This document shows positions 16,325 to 29,196 of a DNA stretch of 64,000 nucleotides, piece after piece; the first letter of the stretch is position 1; every line of letters begins with the position of its first letter. The stretch is from Eledone cirrhosa (Eukaryota). The notes below the pieces were generated by a model, which saw only the letters and a list, made by a program, of their open reading frames with translations, was not told the origin of the DNA and ran no database searches. The stretch spans positions 21,514,001-21,578,000 of the forward strand of contig OZ024756.1 of the NCBI GenBank assembly GCA_964016885.1, in the 5' to 3' direction. The translations under genes and the position numbers were made by a program.

Positions 16325-16780
16325 AATTGTTTCTACTTTTGGCACAAGGTCAGCAATTAACCAGTACATTACTGGTACTTTATTTTATCGACCCCGTAAG
16401 GATGAAAGGCAAAGTTAACCTCGGCGGGATTAACGTTGCCGCCGAGGTTAACTCACATATATATAGCATTTGTTCATCACTACTAATAGATTTCTTTGTT
16501 ATATGACATTGTACCATAGCTATAATTATCTAAGGTTTGAAGTGAAATTGAAGCAAATTCCTCACGTAAACACCAAAGAACATTTTTAAATAAGGTGGAT
16601 TGGCCGTATCAGTAGAGGGTCGGACGCCATGCTTTCCAGCATAGTTACGTCCCTTTACGGACTGAGTTCAAATCCCGCCGAGGTTAACTTTGCCTTTCAT
16701 CCTTACGGGGTCGATAAAATATAGTACCAGTAATATACTGGGATAATTGCTGGCCTTTGACCAAAAAGTAGAAACAATTA
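16325..16780. mobile_element. Two S1 SINE copies (16325-16430 minus, partial; 16593-16780 plus)
   Basis: Match to the S1 core and tail. Confidence 0.85.
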
Positions 16781-16789
16781 TTAAATAAA

Positions 16790-17235
16790 TCAAATCGTAT
16801 AGCTGTTAATTATTATACGGTATTCATGCCAATCGTTAACTACGGTCATGAATCTTGGGCATTGACCGACAGAATACGATAGGGTTTACAAGTGGCCATT
16901 GTGGTATTCCTCCCAAGGGTCTTCGGAGTAACGTTACTCGACAGATTGCGTTGCTCGTAGATCAAAGAGTCGCTCCAGGTAGAGGCGCTTCTTCTCCGAA
17001 TGAGTGATCACAGCTCAAATATTACGGACATGTGGTAAGAATGTCGCTGAACAGATATTACGGACGAGACCCAGGGGTACATTACGAGCAAGTTGGTTGG
17101 ATAACATCGTCACGCTTGGAGGATCCAGCCGAATGAATTGGAGACGGTTGCTTCTGAAAGGACCCGCTGGAAAAAATGATTGAGGACCCTCTCCCCACAA
17201 CCCTTCCAGAAATAAGTGGGTAAAGAAGAATAATG
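16790..17235 (+). pseudogene. RTE-clade LINE ORF2 3' fragment
   Basis: YYTVFMPIVNYGHESWALTDRIR*..FLPRVFGVTLLDRLRCS*IKESLQVEALLLR / QLKYYGHVVRM / RPRG...WLDNI / ELETVASERTRW, typical of the RTE C-terminus, with stops and frameshifts. Confidence 0.85.
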
Positions 17236-17520
17236 TTTATACGACTAACGTTTGATCTGGTGACGATAATGTGGATGACAATAAATATGATGTGGGTGAT
17301 CATAATGATTTCCTTGTTCGTGTCGTATACGTATGATCATAACAATAATTACTTCTCATTTAGGCACGAGGCCGACAATTTGAGGGGTGTGCAATGTTTA
17401 TTATTGACTGGTAATCCTTCAGAGAGACGAAATGTTAAGTTGATCCCGACATTATTTGAACAGAGAATGGAAAGGGTCATAACAAAATACCACAAGGTGA
17501 TTTGTCCGATACTTTAATAA

Positions 17521-18150
17521 TAATAATTTTCTAGTTTTGGCAAAAGGCCAGCAATTACACCAGTGCACTACTGGTACTTTATTTTATCGACCCCGTAAGG
17601 AAGAAAGGCAACGTTAACCTCAGCGGGATTTGAACTGAGAACATAAAGGGCCATAACTCTATCGCCCTTTCTGATTCAGGCACAAGGCCAACATTTTGTG
17701 GGAGGGAAAGTCGATTAAATCGACCCCAGTTCATTACTGGTACTTTATTTTATCGACCCCATAAGAATGAAAAGCTTAGCTAACTTCGGCGGGAGCTGAA
17801 AACAGAACGTAAAGGGCCGTAACTATATACCGCAAAACATGTTCGACACTCTGCCGAGACTGCCAATCTACCACCCTTCTAATAATAATAATAATAATTG
17901 TTTCTACTTTAGGCACAAGGCCAGCAAATATCCAGTGCATTACTGGTACTTTAATAATAATAATAATTGTTTCTGCTTTTGACTCAAGGCCAGCAATTAC
18001 CCAGTGCTTTACTGCTACTTTATTTTATTGACCCCATAAGGATGAGAGGCAAAGTTAACCTGGGCGAGATTTGAACTCAGAACTTACAGAGCCAAAACTC
18101 CATGCTGCAAAACATGGTGTCTGACGCTCTACTGATACTGCCAATTCAAG
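17521..18150 (-). mobile_element. Cluster of S1 SINE copies
   Basis: Repeated ggcacaaggccagcaatt...ctggtactttattttatcgacccc..gaaaggcaaagttaacc with (AAT)n spacers. Confidence 0.85.
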
Positions 18151-18599
18151 AATAGTAATTCTTGATTAAAAAGCTCACTACTCCGTTTCCTATAATTCTT
18201 TCACGTTGTTGACCATATCTAAGTATTCCGTCTGAGCAAATTAAAGAATATTTCATACTCCTCTCATTAAGCGTTACACTTACTCCATCGCCGTCTAACA
18301 TACCATTCGAATCGTCTGCTCATCCTAACTGGTGATAATTTACTCATCATAGTCCCATCATGGCGAATACGACCACAATACCCTGGATACCAACTTCAAT
18401 GAAGCGCTGATCCGCCGTCTCGGTGGGTGCTGGAAAATCGTCCTTGCCTCAATACCTAATTCAATACGACTCAGTCTAACCGAAAGAGATACATCTTGTA
18501 GTTGGTTATGAGTAGTGTGACTTTGTTTGGGAAATCACAGACTAATGATTTCGTTTCAATTACACTTGGATCTGGTATTTGTAAACTTAATTTATCGTC

Positions 18600-18920
18600 C
18601 GATTTAATAACATCATCTATGGATTTAGCGGAATCCACTCTTTGCACTTTGTTATTCGTTCCGGCTCTCTTCTCTCTGAGTTCAAATCCAACCGAGGTCA
18701 ACTTTGCTTTTTATCCTTTCGGAAGCGATATAAAAAGTACCAGCCTAGTACTAGGTTGAATTCTTCCTCTATATCTCTTTCTCATTTCCTCTCTCTCACT
18801 TTCTATCTTTCTATCTTTCTCTGGAAGAAATCTGCTGTACTCATAAAATGCACAAGAAACTCCATATATCAAGTATGACTCTATCAAGAGTTACGGGACC
18901 ATACCTACATACATACTCTT
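18600..18920 (+). mobile_element. Diverged SINE subfamily with a distinct 3' tail (second copy 42890-43230)
   Basis: gagttcaaatcc..gaggtcaactttgc core and shared ttctctggaa(g)aaatctg..gagttac..catac tail. Confidence 0.6.
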
Positions 18921-19944
18921 TGCAAACATTCAAGCCTGGTCTCTGGTCTAAGAATAGTTTCTTCCTGACTCCCACCAGTCTCATAGTTCTTGTTAAAAGG
19001 TCAAGGGTGTTGGTTTTCTTTCTCTGAATAAACCTTAAGAAAGGTATGCTTTAAGTTTTGTTCTATAACGAATTTATCAGAAGACGTGTTGTATCCATAA
19101 GACTTGGATTTTCCGTAACTGATGGAATCCTCTCAAACCGAAATCCGTTTCCGAAAGCCTGCAGTGCAGTGGAAGACAAATAAAAGTCAGATGGTAATAT
19201 TTGGTAATATTAAAGTGGGAGAAGGATTAAGTGTATGTTATTAGCCAGTCACTTACACATTGTTCTCCAGAACTGTCTACATTTATTTATGATAAGTACT
19301 TTGGCATCTAGAATAGAGTCACATTACTTAGCTAGGAAAATGCCTGCCAATTTTGGTGATTCTCTGCGAAAATCGATCCAAGATTCGTCAGCCGACATAA
19401 CAGGATTATATCACGTGATGAGTCTTTAATAGCATCAACAGGAAAACGCTTACTATTATCATTATTAGTTAGATAGCTTTTATCGATGTATAACAAGAAA
19501 TCTTGCTGTCTTTGGATTATAATTTTTTTTCTATGTGATTATGACAGCTAATGTTGATGGAAATATCGGAGCGAATAAGACATTAAGATAAAACGTTCAC
19601 GACCTGAGGATACAAATATAATGTAGGAACTTTCTATTGTTGCTGCTATTGTTGTTGAGGATGATGTTGCTTAGCCCGAGATCAGCTCTAGTCGAGTAAG
19701 ATCAATGAACAAACGTGTTCAAGCCGTGACAATCGTCATTGTTTCTACAGACACAGTGTATATATTATGTAATGTAGCTTTGTATTCTTATTATGAAAAT
19801 TAGGGGATGTGAGATATTCAACTGATTGGGGAAATGATTCTGTAGAAAGTGTTGAATACTGATGTCATTGAGCATGAAGGTCGGAATCTCAGCTACATAG
19901 AGAGTGGACGTCCTACATAATTTCCACAGACAATTCAGTGCTTT

Positions 19945-20450
19945 ATATCGGTAGAGTGTCGAACACAATTTTTCGTAGTATAGAGTTACAGCCATTTACG
20001 TTCTCCGTTCAAATCCCGCCAATGCTAGATTTGCCTTTCATCCTTACGGGGTCGATAATATAAAATACCAGTAACTCACTGAGATCGATTCAATCGATTT
20101 TCCACTCCCACCAAAGTCTTGGCCTTATGCCTAAATCAGAACCTATTATTAATATTGATGTTTAACAGTATCGGTAGAGGGTCGGACGCCATGATTTTCG
20201 ACATAGAGTTACGGCCCTTTATGATCTGAGTTCAAATCCCGCTGAGGTTAGCTTTGTTTTTCATCCTTACGGGGCCGATAAAATCAAATACTAATCACGC
20301 ACTAGGGTCGATTTAATCGACTTTCCCCTGCCCCCAAAATTGCTGGCTTGTGTCTGTATCAGAAACCAATATTGATGTTTGAGTGGTGGATAGGCAGAAT
20401 CGTTAGAGCGCCGGACAAAATGATTTACAGCATTTAGTTAAAGCTCTTTA
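19945..20450 (+). mobile_element. Tandem S1 SINE copies
   Basis: Three successive S1 heads/bodies. Confidence 0.8.
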
Positions 20451-20457
20451 TATTATG

Positions 20458-20740
20458 AGGGGCCGCATGGCCTACTGGTAAGGGGGTTAGACTTATGATC
20501 ATAATGTCGTGTGTTCGATTCCTCGTTTGTGTGTTGTGTTTTTAAGCAAAACACTTTATTTCCAGTATGCTCAGCTGAAAATAAGTACCAGCAATAACTA
20601 GGGGTTTAACCCTGCGATGGACTAGCGTCCTGTCCAGGGGGAAGTCTTGAACTCGCAGTCTCTTCACGCCATGAAACCAGGATAAGCACCGGCGAAATGA
20701 GCCTTCTGGCTTAAGACAGACTTTAGACTAGACTTTGTTA
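20458..20740 (+). mobile_element. tRNA-derived CORE-type SINE
   Basis: A box gcatggcctactggtaag, B box gttcgattcc, CORE-like ttgtgtttttaagcaaaacacttta, tail aaccctgcgatggactagcgtcc..gaaaccaggataagc..cagacttta. Confidence 0.7.
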
Positions 20741-20972
20741 CAAGTTCATATTCTGTTGAAATCAAATTTTATGGTTTAGTAAAAGAAAATATCAGTCAAG
20801 TAGAGGGGGGGGGTTAGATTTAATCAATATACCCCTGCCACTAAATTGCTGGTCTTGTGCCAAAAATAGAATCGGCTGGAAACATGTTACTGTTGAGATA
20901 GTGAAATATATATGACTGTACTGTTTAATCAGAAGCCTGTTAGGTACTAGCATATGACTATATATATATATA

Positions 20973-21121
20973 TTGTAGAACACTGGGGGGTTATATCCGT
21001 AGTAGTAGAGCACTCAGTCCACGTGACGAGTTGGGAGAAGTAGATCGCCAACAGTTAATTCACCATAGCCAAGAACAATTGGTTTCACCTTAAATGGATC
21101 ATCAGCTCGGTTTAAAAATCA
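20973..21121 (-). mobile_element. (TA)n-flanked pLTR-like fragment with degenerate HHR (21062-21111)
   Basis: accgag-CTGATGA-t cc atttaa gg t-GAAA-ccaa ttgttc ttgg; gagtgctct motif near the 3' end. Confidence 0.5.
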
Positions 21122-21175
21122 TATATATATATATTGTATATATGTGTGTATGTATATATATATATATTGTATGTT

Positions 21176-21261
<86 letters not shown>

Positions 21262-21340
21262 TGTGTGTGTATATATATATATAGTGTGTGTGTGTATATA
21301 TATATATATTGTATATGTGTGTGTATATATATATATATAT

Positions 21341-21502
21341 AATGAAGGAAGTGTGGTAAGGAACCAGATGGATCATAACGCACCAGAGTACTCAATACTT
21401 ACGGTAGTAGAGTGGGTAATAGGAAAATGTTTAACCCCGACGGTTATTTGTAAAATAGCCGTCGAAACGGCTTGAGCTCTACCGTGGGGTTAAACATTTT
21501 CC

Positions 21503-21503
<1 letters not shown>
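21341..21503 (-). mobile_element. Fold-back mini-element, family B
   Basis: Homologous to 7916-8107, reversed. Confidence 0.75.
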
Positions 21504-21533
<30 letters not shown>

Positions 21534-21588
21534 GTGAGGTTTTTTTTACAAAATGAAAAATAACCGAGGTGTCCTACACGAGTGGAAG

Positions 21589-21886
21589 TATAAAGAAAAA
21601 GGGATGAAATCGAAAATGCAACTGAAGTCTTATTTTTTTTAAAAATATATATATTTATTTGGTTCCTTTACCGGTTTCGCAGTTCTTCTGCTTTTCAAAA
21701 GGTGAGTTGAGATGGAGGGTCTGTGGTTTTTCTCACATGTGAGAAAAACCACAGACCCTCCATCTCAACTCACCTTTTGAAAAGCAGAAGAACTGCGAAA
21801 CCGGTAAAGGAACCAAATAAATATATATATTTTTAAAAAAAATAAGACTTCAGTTGCATTTTCGATTTCATCCCTTTTTCTTTATA
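21589..21886. mobile_element. Spacerless ~298-bp palindrome (family E pLTR-like)
   Basis: Centre tctcaca|tgtgaga at 21737/21738; a non-folded homologue lies at 48105-48720. Confidence 0.9.
21773..21810 (+). ncRNA. Minimal type I hammerhead, U3-A8 variant (mirror 21665-21702 minus; copy 48182-48219 minus)
   Basis: cctt-TTGAAAA-gcag aagaa ctgc-GAAA-ccgg-TA-aagg, followed by AATAAA. Confidence 0.75.
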
Positions 21887-22259
21887 TATATATATATATA
21901 TATATATTAAGACTGTATGTTAACGCAACCTCTTGTTTGTTCGTTTCCTACATATTGCCAGTTGGTGTTGTGATTTGTTAGCCCCATATTTACTATACTC
22001 GACAAGACATAAAGGGATATGTAAGAATTACATTATCTGTCGACTGAGTTACGACTGGAAGCAATACTTAATCCAAATAATATTGATTTCCGAATTTTGC
22101 GCAAGTTTTAGGAGAAAGGAATGAGGCGAATTTATCGAACCGAATCAGAACATGTCGGCTAGATATTATTTCGTACCAGATTTCTCAATTGGTTGATATA
22201 TCTCCAGTAACAGAATAGCTCAAATTTAGCTAATATTAATCTATAGAGTATCTCCGAAT

Positions 22260-22590
22260 GTGAAGGCGTATGTATTAGTGGAGAGAGATTTGGGATTACA
22301 ATTGTGAAGGTAATGAGTTCAATTGTTAGATCGGGTGATGCGTTCTGTCCTTGAGCAAGACATTTTATTTTTACGTTCCTCCAGTTTACGGTTAACTCAG
22401 CTGTAGAAATGACTTGCGACGTCACTGGTTCCAAGCTGTATCAGCCATTGACTTTCCTTAGGACAAAATCGCTGGTGTAGAGAGAGGAGACTGGTATGCA
22501 TGGGCAACCAATGTTCTTCTACACATATCCTTGCCTGGACTTTCTAGGTGAAAATATCATGGTCATTCGTGACCAGAAGGGGTCTTTACC
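22260..22590 (+). mobile_element. CORE-type tRNA SINE
   Basis: tgtccttgagcaagacattttattt CORE-like block; body shared with 41765-42120. Confidence 0.7.
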
Positions 22591-22675
22591 TGACCTCCTA
22601 TCACGTTGATGTATCACAGGCAACAGTATAGCTCAAAATTAGATAATATTTCGTACAGTATCCCTTATAAATAAT

Positions 22676-23675
22676 AATTGTTTCTACTTTTGGCACAAGG
22701 CCAGCAATTACCCAGTGCATTACTGGTACTTTATTTTATCGACCCCGTAAGAATGAAAGGCAAAGTTAACCTCGGCGGGATTTGAACTCAGATCGTAAAG
22801 GGACGTAACTCTATGCGGCAAAACATGGCGTCCGACCCTCTACCGATACTGCCAATCCAATAATAATTGTTTCTACTTTTGGCACAAGGCCAGCAATTAC
22901 CCAGTATATTACTGGTACTTTATTTTATCGACCCCGTAAGGATGAAAGGCAAAGCTAACCTCGCCGGCGTAAAGGGCCGTAACTCTAATCCACAAAGCAT
23001 ATTGTCCAACACTCTATTGATACTGCCAATCCACTGCCCTACCAATAATAATTGTTTCTGATTCAGGGACAGGGCCAGGAATTTTGGTGAAGGGTAAGTC
23101 GATTGAATCGATCCCAATGTATTACTGGTATTTTATTTTATCGACATCGTAAGGATGAAAGGCAAAGCTAACCTTGGCGGAATTTGAACTCCGAACGTAA
23201 AGAGCCGTAACTCTATACCGCTAAGCAAGTTGTTCGACGCTCTACTGATACTCCGAATCTATCGCCCTAATAATTGTTTCTACTTTTGGAACAAGGCCAG
23301 CAATTACCCAGTGCATTACTGGTACTTTATTTTATCGACGTCGTAAGGATGAAAGGCAAAGTTAACCTCGACGGGATTTGAACTCAGACCGTAAAGGGAC
23401 GTAACTATGCTGAAAAGCATGGCGTCCGACCCTCTACCGATACTGCCAATGATAATAATAATTGTTTCTACTTTTGGCACAAGGCCAGCAATTTTGAGGG
23501 AGGGGAAAGTCGATGAAAATTGACGCCAGTACGTTACTGGTTCTTTATTTTATGGATCCCGTAAGGACGAAAGGCAAAGTTAATCTCAGTGGGATTTGAA
23601 CTCAGACCGTAAAGGACCGTAACTCTATGTTGCAAAGCATTGTGTTCGACTCTCTACCGATATTGCCAGTCCACC

Positions 23676-23680
<5 letters not shown>
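22676..23680 (-). mobile_element. Five head-to-tail S1 SINE copies
   Basis: Units start at ~22676, 22865, 23050, 23272 and 23460, each following aataattgtttc. Confidence 0.9.
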
Positions 23681-23706
<26 letters not shown>

Positions 23707-24310
23707 TAATATTTTAGAATCCTGTTTCTACGGCTACAATTATCTCAGCATACGATCACTAGATAGCCTGTTAAAATAAAAGACAAAGTGAGAACATGTT
23801 TGGAAAGATTATAGCTTGTTTAGAAGTCCAAACTTAATTCAAGGTATTTGATAAATGTGATTAGCACGTGGGTGGTTTGCAGCCAACCGTTACAATGCTG
23901 CCATAGTGAATTGGACGAAAGATGCAAGAGGTGCATTAGACAGAAAAACGAGCAAAATCCTACCTATGTATGGCGTGATTTATCCAAAGTCAAATGTCAG
24001 TCGTGTATACATGGAAAAGAAAGGTTGGAGGAGAAAATGGACTTATTAGCATTTCTCACCGTGTGGATTGAAAGCAAATGTCAGCAATCCATTACTTTGT
24101 AAAAACTAAAGAGATACTTAAACATGCTATAATAGAATTAGGCCCTACTAGCATTTAACCTGAAAAGAGTGTAGACCAAAGTAGGAAAACTTATAAAAGA
24201 AAGGAAGTGCTAGAAGAAATATAGTCATGTAGAAAGATACATAGAAATACAAAGGATGTGAAAAACCATTAACCATTATGGTTATGGCTCTAAACTAGAG
24301 ATTAAGAGAG

Positions 24311-24352
<42 letters not shown>

Positions 24353-24457
24353 GATGCTTAAAGCGTCCGTAAACGGTAGGCCGTTTAAGCATTCGATGCT
24401 CTTACAGAGCAGAATATAATAACTGGACATTTGGAAACTCTGCTTCGTAGAATCGAA

Positions 24458-24550
24458 ACGTATCTGAGGATCTTGCGATTTCAAAGTCAGGTTCGATCAT
24501 TGCATCGATCGTGCCTCGAGCTGGTCGACAGAGAAACGATTGTAGCATGT
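24458..24550 (+). ncRNA. Hammerhead motif with long stem II, in (TA)n-flanked insert 24351-24598
   Basis: acgtat-CTGAGGA-tct...aga-GAAA-cgattg-TA-gcatgt. Confidence 0.55.
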
Positions 24551-24693
24551 CTAATACATTTTATTCGCCGCAACACTGATTCTCCGTTTCTTATGTGATA
24601 TATATATATATATATATATATAATCAGCTCCTGATTATTACTGGAATTCTATAAGAATCCAGCTCCTATGATTTTCGACGGAAGCAGGGGAGT

Positions 24694-24741
24694 GCGTGGT
24701 TCTGATAAACGCCAACCAACGTGAAACAGACTGTCGGATGC
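24694..24741 (+). ncRNA. Degenerate hammerhead motif (G8A), in insert 24622-24850
   Basis: CTGATAA-acg ccaaccaa cgt-GAAA-cagactg-TC; stem I weak. Confidence 0.4.
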
Positions 24742-24858
24742 TCTCCCTTTTTTCGCTGAAAAGAAGTGACATAGTCACTACTTTAAAACTGATAGCATAT
24801 GGTCTTCTAAATGTTTTTAATTAAACATACGGTATATTGCCAAATATACCATACATAC

Positions 24859-24896
<38 letters not shown>

Positions 24897-25047
24897 AGGG
24901 ACTGTAACGCGGAGCTACTATAGGTTCACCCGGGTGAGCACTCGATGTTTAGGTTCACGTCTATATCGAGGTGTAAAGCTAGACAGAGTGTAGTATAATA
25001 AAATAAAACAAGGACGAGTGGTTACTCCTTCATTACGTTTATTGGTT

Positions 25048-25132
25048 GGTGACGCGCGTTTCGCCACCGATCATCTCAAGATTCGATCTGTATCGATCTA
25101 GCCTGATTCCGTAATCAACGGCTCGTCAGACC
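25048..25132 (-). ncRNA. Type I hammerhead in (TA)n-flanked insert 24895-25143
   Basis: ggt-CTGACGA-gccgttgatt...gatcggtggc-GAAA-cgcgcg-TC-acc, then AATAAA; palindromic loop III typical of PLE HHRs. Confidence 0.8.
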
Positions 25133-25154
25133 TTTTTGGTGGTATTATATATAT

Positions 25155-25310
25155 GTATAATACTCACCCTTTTCCACTTTTTGAGGGTTTTAAACTCCAC
25201 TATCAAGCTAAAATTTCTTTAGTCAAAAATACGGCGAATGCTTCTATTTCTACTAATTTCAAACTTCGCTCGCTGTTTCAAAACAAACTTGCTTGGTCCT
25301 CTCTCTCTGA
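25155..25310 (+). mobile_element. Family D (TA)n insert (fold-back homologue at 29241-29475)
   Basis: Shared aaatttctttagtcaaaaatacggcg..cgctgtttcaaaacaaac. Confidence 0.6.
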
Positions 25311-25620
25311 CATATATATATATATATATAAGAGAGGTGGGGAGCAAACACGCAGAGCCTATGGGTTGCTGCTCAAGATAAAGCAGCAAAAAGTAAACCA
25401 GTGAACGAGAATGATTATTGTACCACGTTAACAAATAAATGTTGCCGACGAAAAGAGCGAGCGCAAAACATTGATTATATTGTAGCAGTCTTATTAAAAT
25501 ATAAGTGACTGATTGTTAAGTTTGATTTCGATTTGAACTGATCACTAAGTATAGATAATGGTTATAGGACTTCAGTCAAATTTATGTAGCAGACAAGTCT
25601 ATAAATAAGCTGCTGAACTA

Positions 25621-25750
25621 AAGATTTTATGGAACTTTGCTACTCAGACATGAAATAATTGAATATGGTTGTTCACAATACGGAAAAAGGAAAGGCTTCA
25701 TAATTATAACAAATGATTTTCCAGGGACCACCGCATCGAAGTAAGGTCTG
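25621..25750 (+). pseudogene. Decayed R4/Dong-type restriction-like endonuclease fragment
   Basis: KILWNFATQT / MVVHNTEKGK / PG-DHRIEVR resembles KILWDFxIQTD..PDIVV..IIDIAVPGDxRI. Confidence 0.5.
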
Positions 25751-26380
25751 TTCAGTCCACGAATTAATTTCAATTCCGAACCTAGGGATCATAGCTTGGT
25801 GGTGAGATTTGTTTGGTCTGCAAAAATCAGGAAATGTTGGACATGAGAACATTTATTCACGTTCCTTCCTCAAACACATCATATTCTTAGCAAAGAAATT
25901 TCAGTGAAAGCAACAATTCTCAATTTGGGGTTTCCAGCAAATAAGCAAATCCGTAATCTAAGATTACATTCTAACTGAATTGTTAGAAACACAATATATA
26001 GACGATGATTACTAGCTATTTTTCTCTGAGTGTAGACATTTCTATCTTCTGATTGTTATCTATGCCTTATAAACATTTTTTTGTGTGGAGTCGGAGATAT
26101 AAATTTTAATGAGGGTTTCTGGGAAAGTTCATTTAAACAAAAGAGGGTCATAGTTAGGGAAATTGTTGGAAACTAATGGCCTAAGGCATTTTTCAGGGCT
26201 TGACATTTAATTTAATAAACAAAAACTACCGTTCAAAGAAAATATCTTATTAGCAATAACAATGGTAATGTTTCTGATAACAATAGTGTTGTTGGGGTTA
26301 TCGATTATATTATCGGTAATCGTTTGATGTTAAGGTAACATAATCTATGAGAGCGATAAAAATAATATATATGTATACAC

Positions 26381-26523
<143 letters not shown>

Positions 26524-26555
26524 TTCATACATACATGCATGCATATATATTTAAT

Positions 26556-26775
26556 GGTTTCTTATGTAGGCACAAGGCCAGCAATTTTGGGGGGAGGGGA
26601 AAAGTCGATGAAATCGACCCCAGTGCGTGACTGGTACTTTATTTTATCGACCCCCGTAAGGATGAAAGGCAAAGTTAACCTCGGCGGGATTTGAACTCAG
26701 ATCATAAAGGGCCGTAACTCTATGCGGCAAAGCATGGTGTCGAACCCTCTACGGATACTGCCAATCCACCGCCCT
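26556..26775 (-). mobile_element. Full-length S1 SINE
   Basis: Complete head-to-tail match to S1. Confidence 0.9.
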
Positions 26776-26883
26776 ATATGCATGCATATATATATTTAAG
26801 GGTTGGTAGAGTGAGAGAAAGTCAAATATATGGAAAACAGCAAGACTAAAATAGGATGCATGTAATGCAGATAAGGAAAGTTA

Positions 26884-26932
<49 letters not shown>

Positions 26933-27173
26933 ATGTAGGTATATGAGAGAGAGAGAGATATCCACTAATGTACAATGTACCAGCCCTAGATTTCGCAATA
27001 CTCAGCAATTCTCCGAAAAAAAAATCGATCAAATATTTCGGTATTTAGTAGAATGGGATTATATCACTTCGCGATGTGTTTTGTTCATTCTTATATATTT
27101 TCTTAAGGACATCAGCAGATGTATATATATATATATATAATGTGTCTACAAACACACATATCTACCAATCGAT

Positions 27174-27230
<57 letters not shown>

Positions 27231-27403
27231 TATATATATATATATTATATATATATATATTATATATATATATATTATATATATATATATTATATATATA
27301 TATATTATATATATATATATTATATATATATATATTATATATATATATATTATATATATATATATTATATATATATATATTATATATATATATATTATAT
27401 ATA

Positions 27404-27457
<54 letters not shown>

Positions 27458-27459
<2 letters not shown>

Positions 27460-27650
27460 CGGTGGATTGACAGTATCGGTAGAGGGTCGGACGCCATGCT
27501 TTGACGCATAGAGTTACGCCCCTTGCCATTCTGAGTTCAAATCGCGCCGAGGTTAACTTTGCCTTTCATCCTTACGGGGTCGATAAAATAAAGCACCAGT
27601 AATGTACTGGGGTAATTGCTGACCTTGTGCCAAAAGTAGAAACAATTATT
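27458..27650 (+). mobile_element. S1 SINE inside a (TA)n block
   Basis: ggcggtggattgacagtatcggtagag...gagttcaaatc...aaagtagaaacaatt. Confidence 0.9.
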
Positions 27651-27952
27651 TATATTTATATATATATTTATATATATATATTTGTATATATATATTTATA
27701 TATATATATTTATTTATATATATATTTATATATATATTTATATATATATTTATATATATATTTATATATATATATTTATATATATATATTTATATATATA
27801 TATTTATATATATATATTTATATATATATATTTATATATATATATTTATATATATATATTTATATATATATATTTATATATATATATTTATATATATATA
27901 TTTAAATTTATATATATATATTTATATATATATATATTTATATATATATATT

Positions 27953-28058
<106 letters not shown>

Positions 28059-28469
28059 TATATATATATTTATATATATATATACTACATAATTGATAAA
28101 TGTACTAAAGTAAGTGTTCAACTGAAATAAAACAGGAACTTTCTTGTGTCCGTCTCTTCAATATATTCCCGATCTTCAGTATATATTGATTTACGTTGGA
28201 ATCTCATCATTGGTTTGGCACTGCTATAAAGTCTTATTTGAAGTTATATTGCGTGATAAAGCGTGAAATATTTGAATTGCTTACTTATAGCCTATATTAG
28301 CAAGTAAAACGTTCGTAAAAAAATATTTTTTAAAAATGGACGATGATAGACGAAATGTATGTTGATTTCTTTGGAAGTAATAAGGACACTTACTAACTGG
28401 GTTTGATTTAACTTTCAAGAGAAAATAGTGGATTTCCTGCGAATATTTTTTCATCTGATTCTTTCTATG

Positions 28470-28633
28470 TTTTCCTTCTTCTTCGCCTTCTTCGCCTTTT
28501 TTGCGTACTTCTTCTTCTTCGCCTTTTTCGCGTACTTTTTCTTCTTCGCCTTCTTCTTCTTTTTCTTCGCCTTCTTCGCCTTCGCCTTCTTCTTCGCCTT
28601 CGCCTTCTTCGCCTTCGCCTTCTTCGCCCTCTT

Positions 28634-28673
<40 letters not shown>

Positions 28674-28700
28674 TTCTTCGTCGCCTTTTTCGTCTTTGCT
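28470..28700. repeat. (CTTCGC/CTT)n simple repeat
   Basis: Direct reading. Confidence 0.85.
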
Positions 28701-28710
28701 TATGTCACTG

Positions 28711-28748
<38 letters not shown>

Positions 28749-28751
<3 letters not shown>

Positions 28752-29196
28752 GATATTAAATAAATGGAAACTATATTTATAAAACCATATTTATTTCATT
28801 ATATATATTTCAGGGATATCATATTAACAATATGTTATGCCTTCTTCAGACAAAATACAATATAGACAGTTTTACAAATAAATAGATTTGACATACCGTT
28901 CAACATCGACTTGTATTTGAAAATCTGCCAAATCAACTTTTCAAATACAAGTCGATGTTGAACGGTATGTCAAATCTATTTATTTGTAAAACTGTCTATA
29001 TTGTATTTTGTCTGAAGAAGGCATAACATATTGTTAATATGATATCCCTGAAATATATATAATGAAATAAATATGGTTTTATAAATATAGTTTCCATTTA
29101 TTTAATATCGTAAATATACTCCAAATACTTGTTGAGTGCTTTTATATCAGTTATAAATATTTACTAGTTGTAACCCAACAATTTAAATATAACTTT

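Noticed and set aside
20458-20530. tRNA gene-like A and B boxes (also at 41640 and 41765)
   Set aside because: No cloverleaf; they continue into SINE bodies
28300-28710. Glu/Gly- or Lys/Ala-rich minus-strand reading (EEGEEG / AKKAKK)
   Set aside because: Simple-repeat origin with no convincing splice or start context
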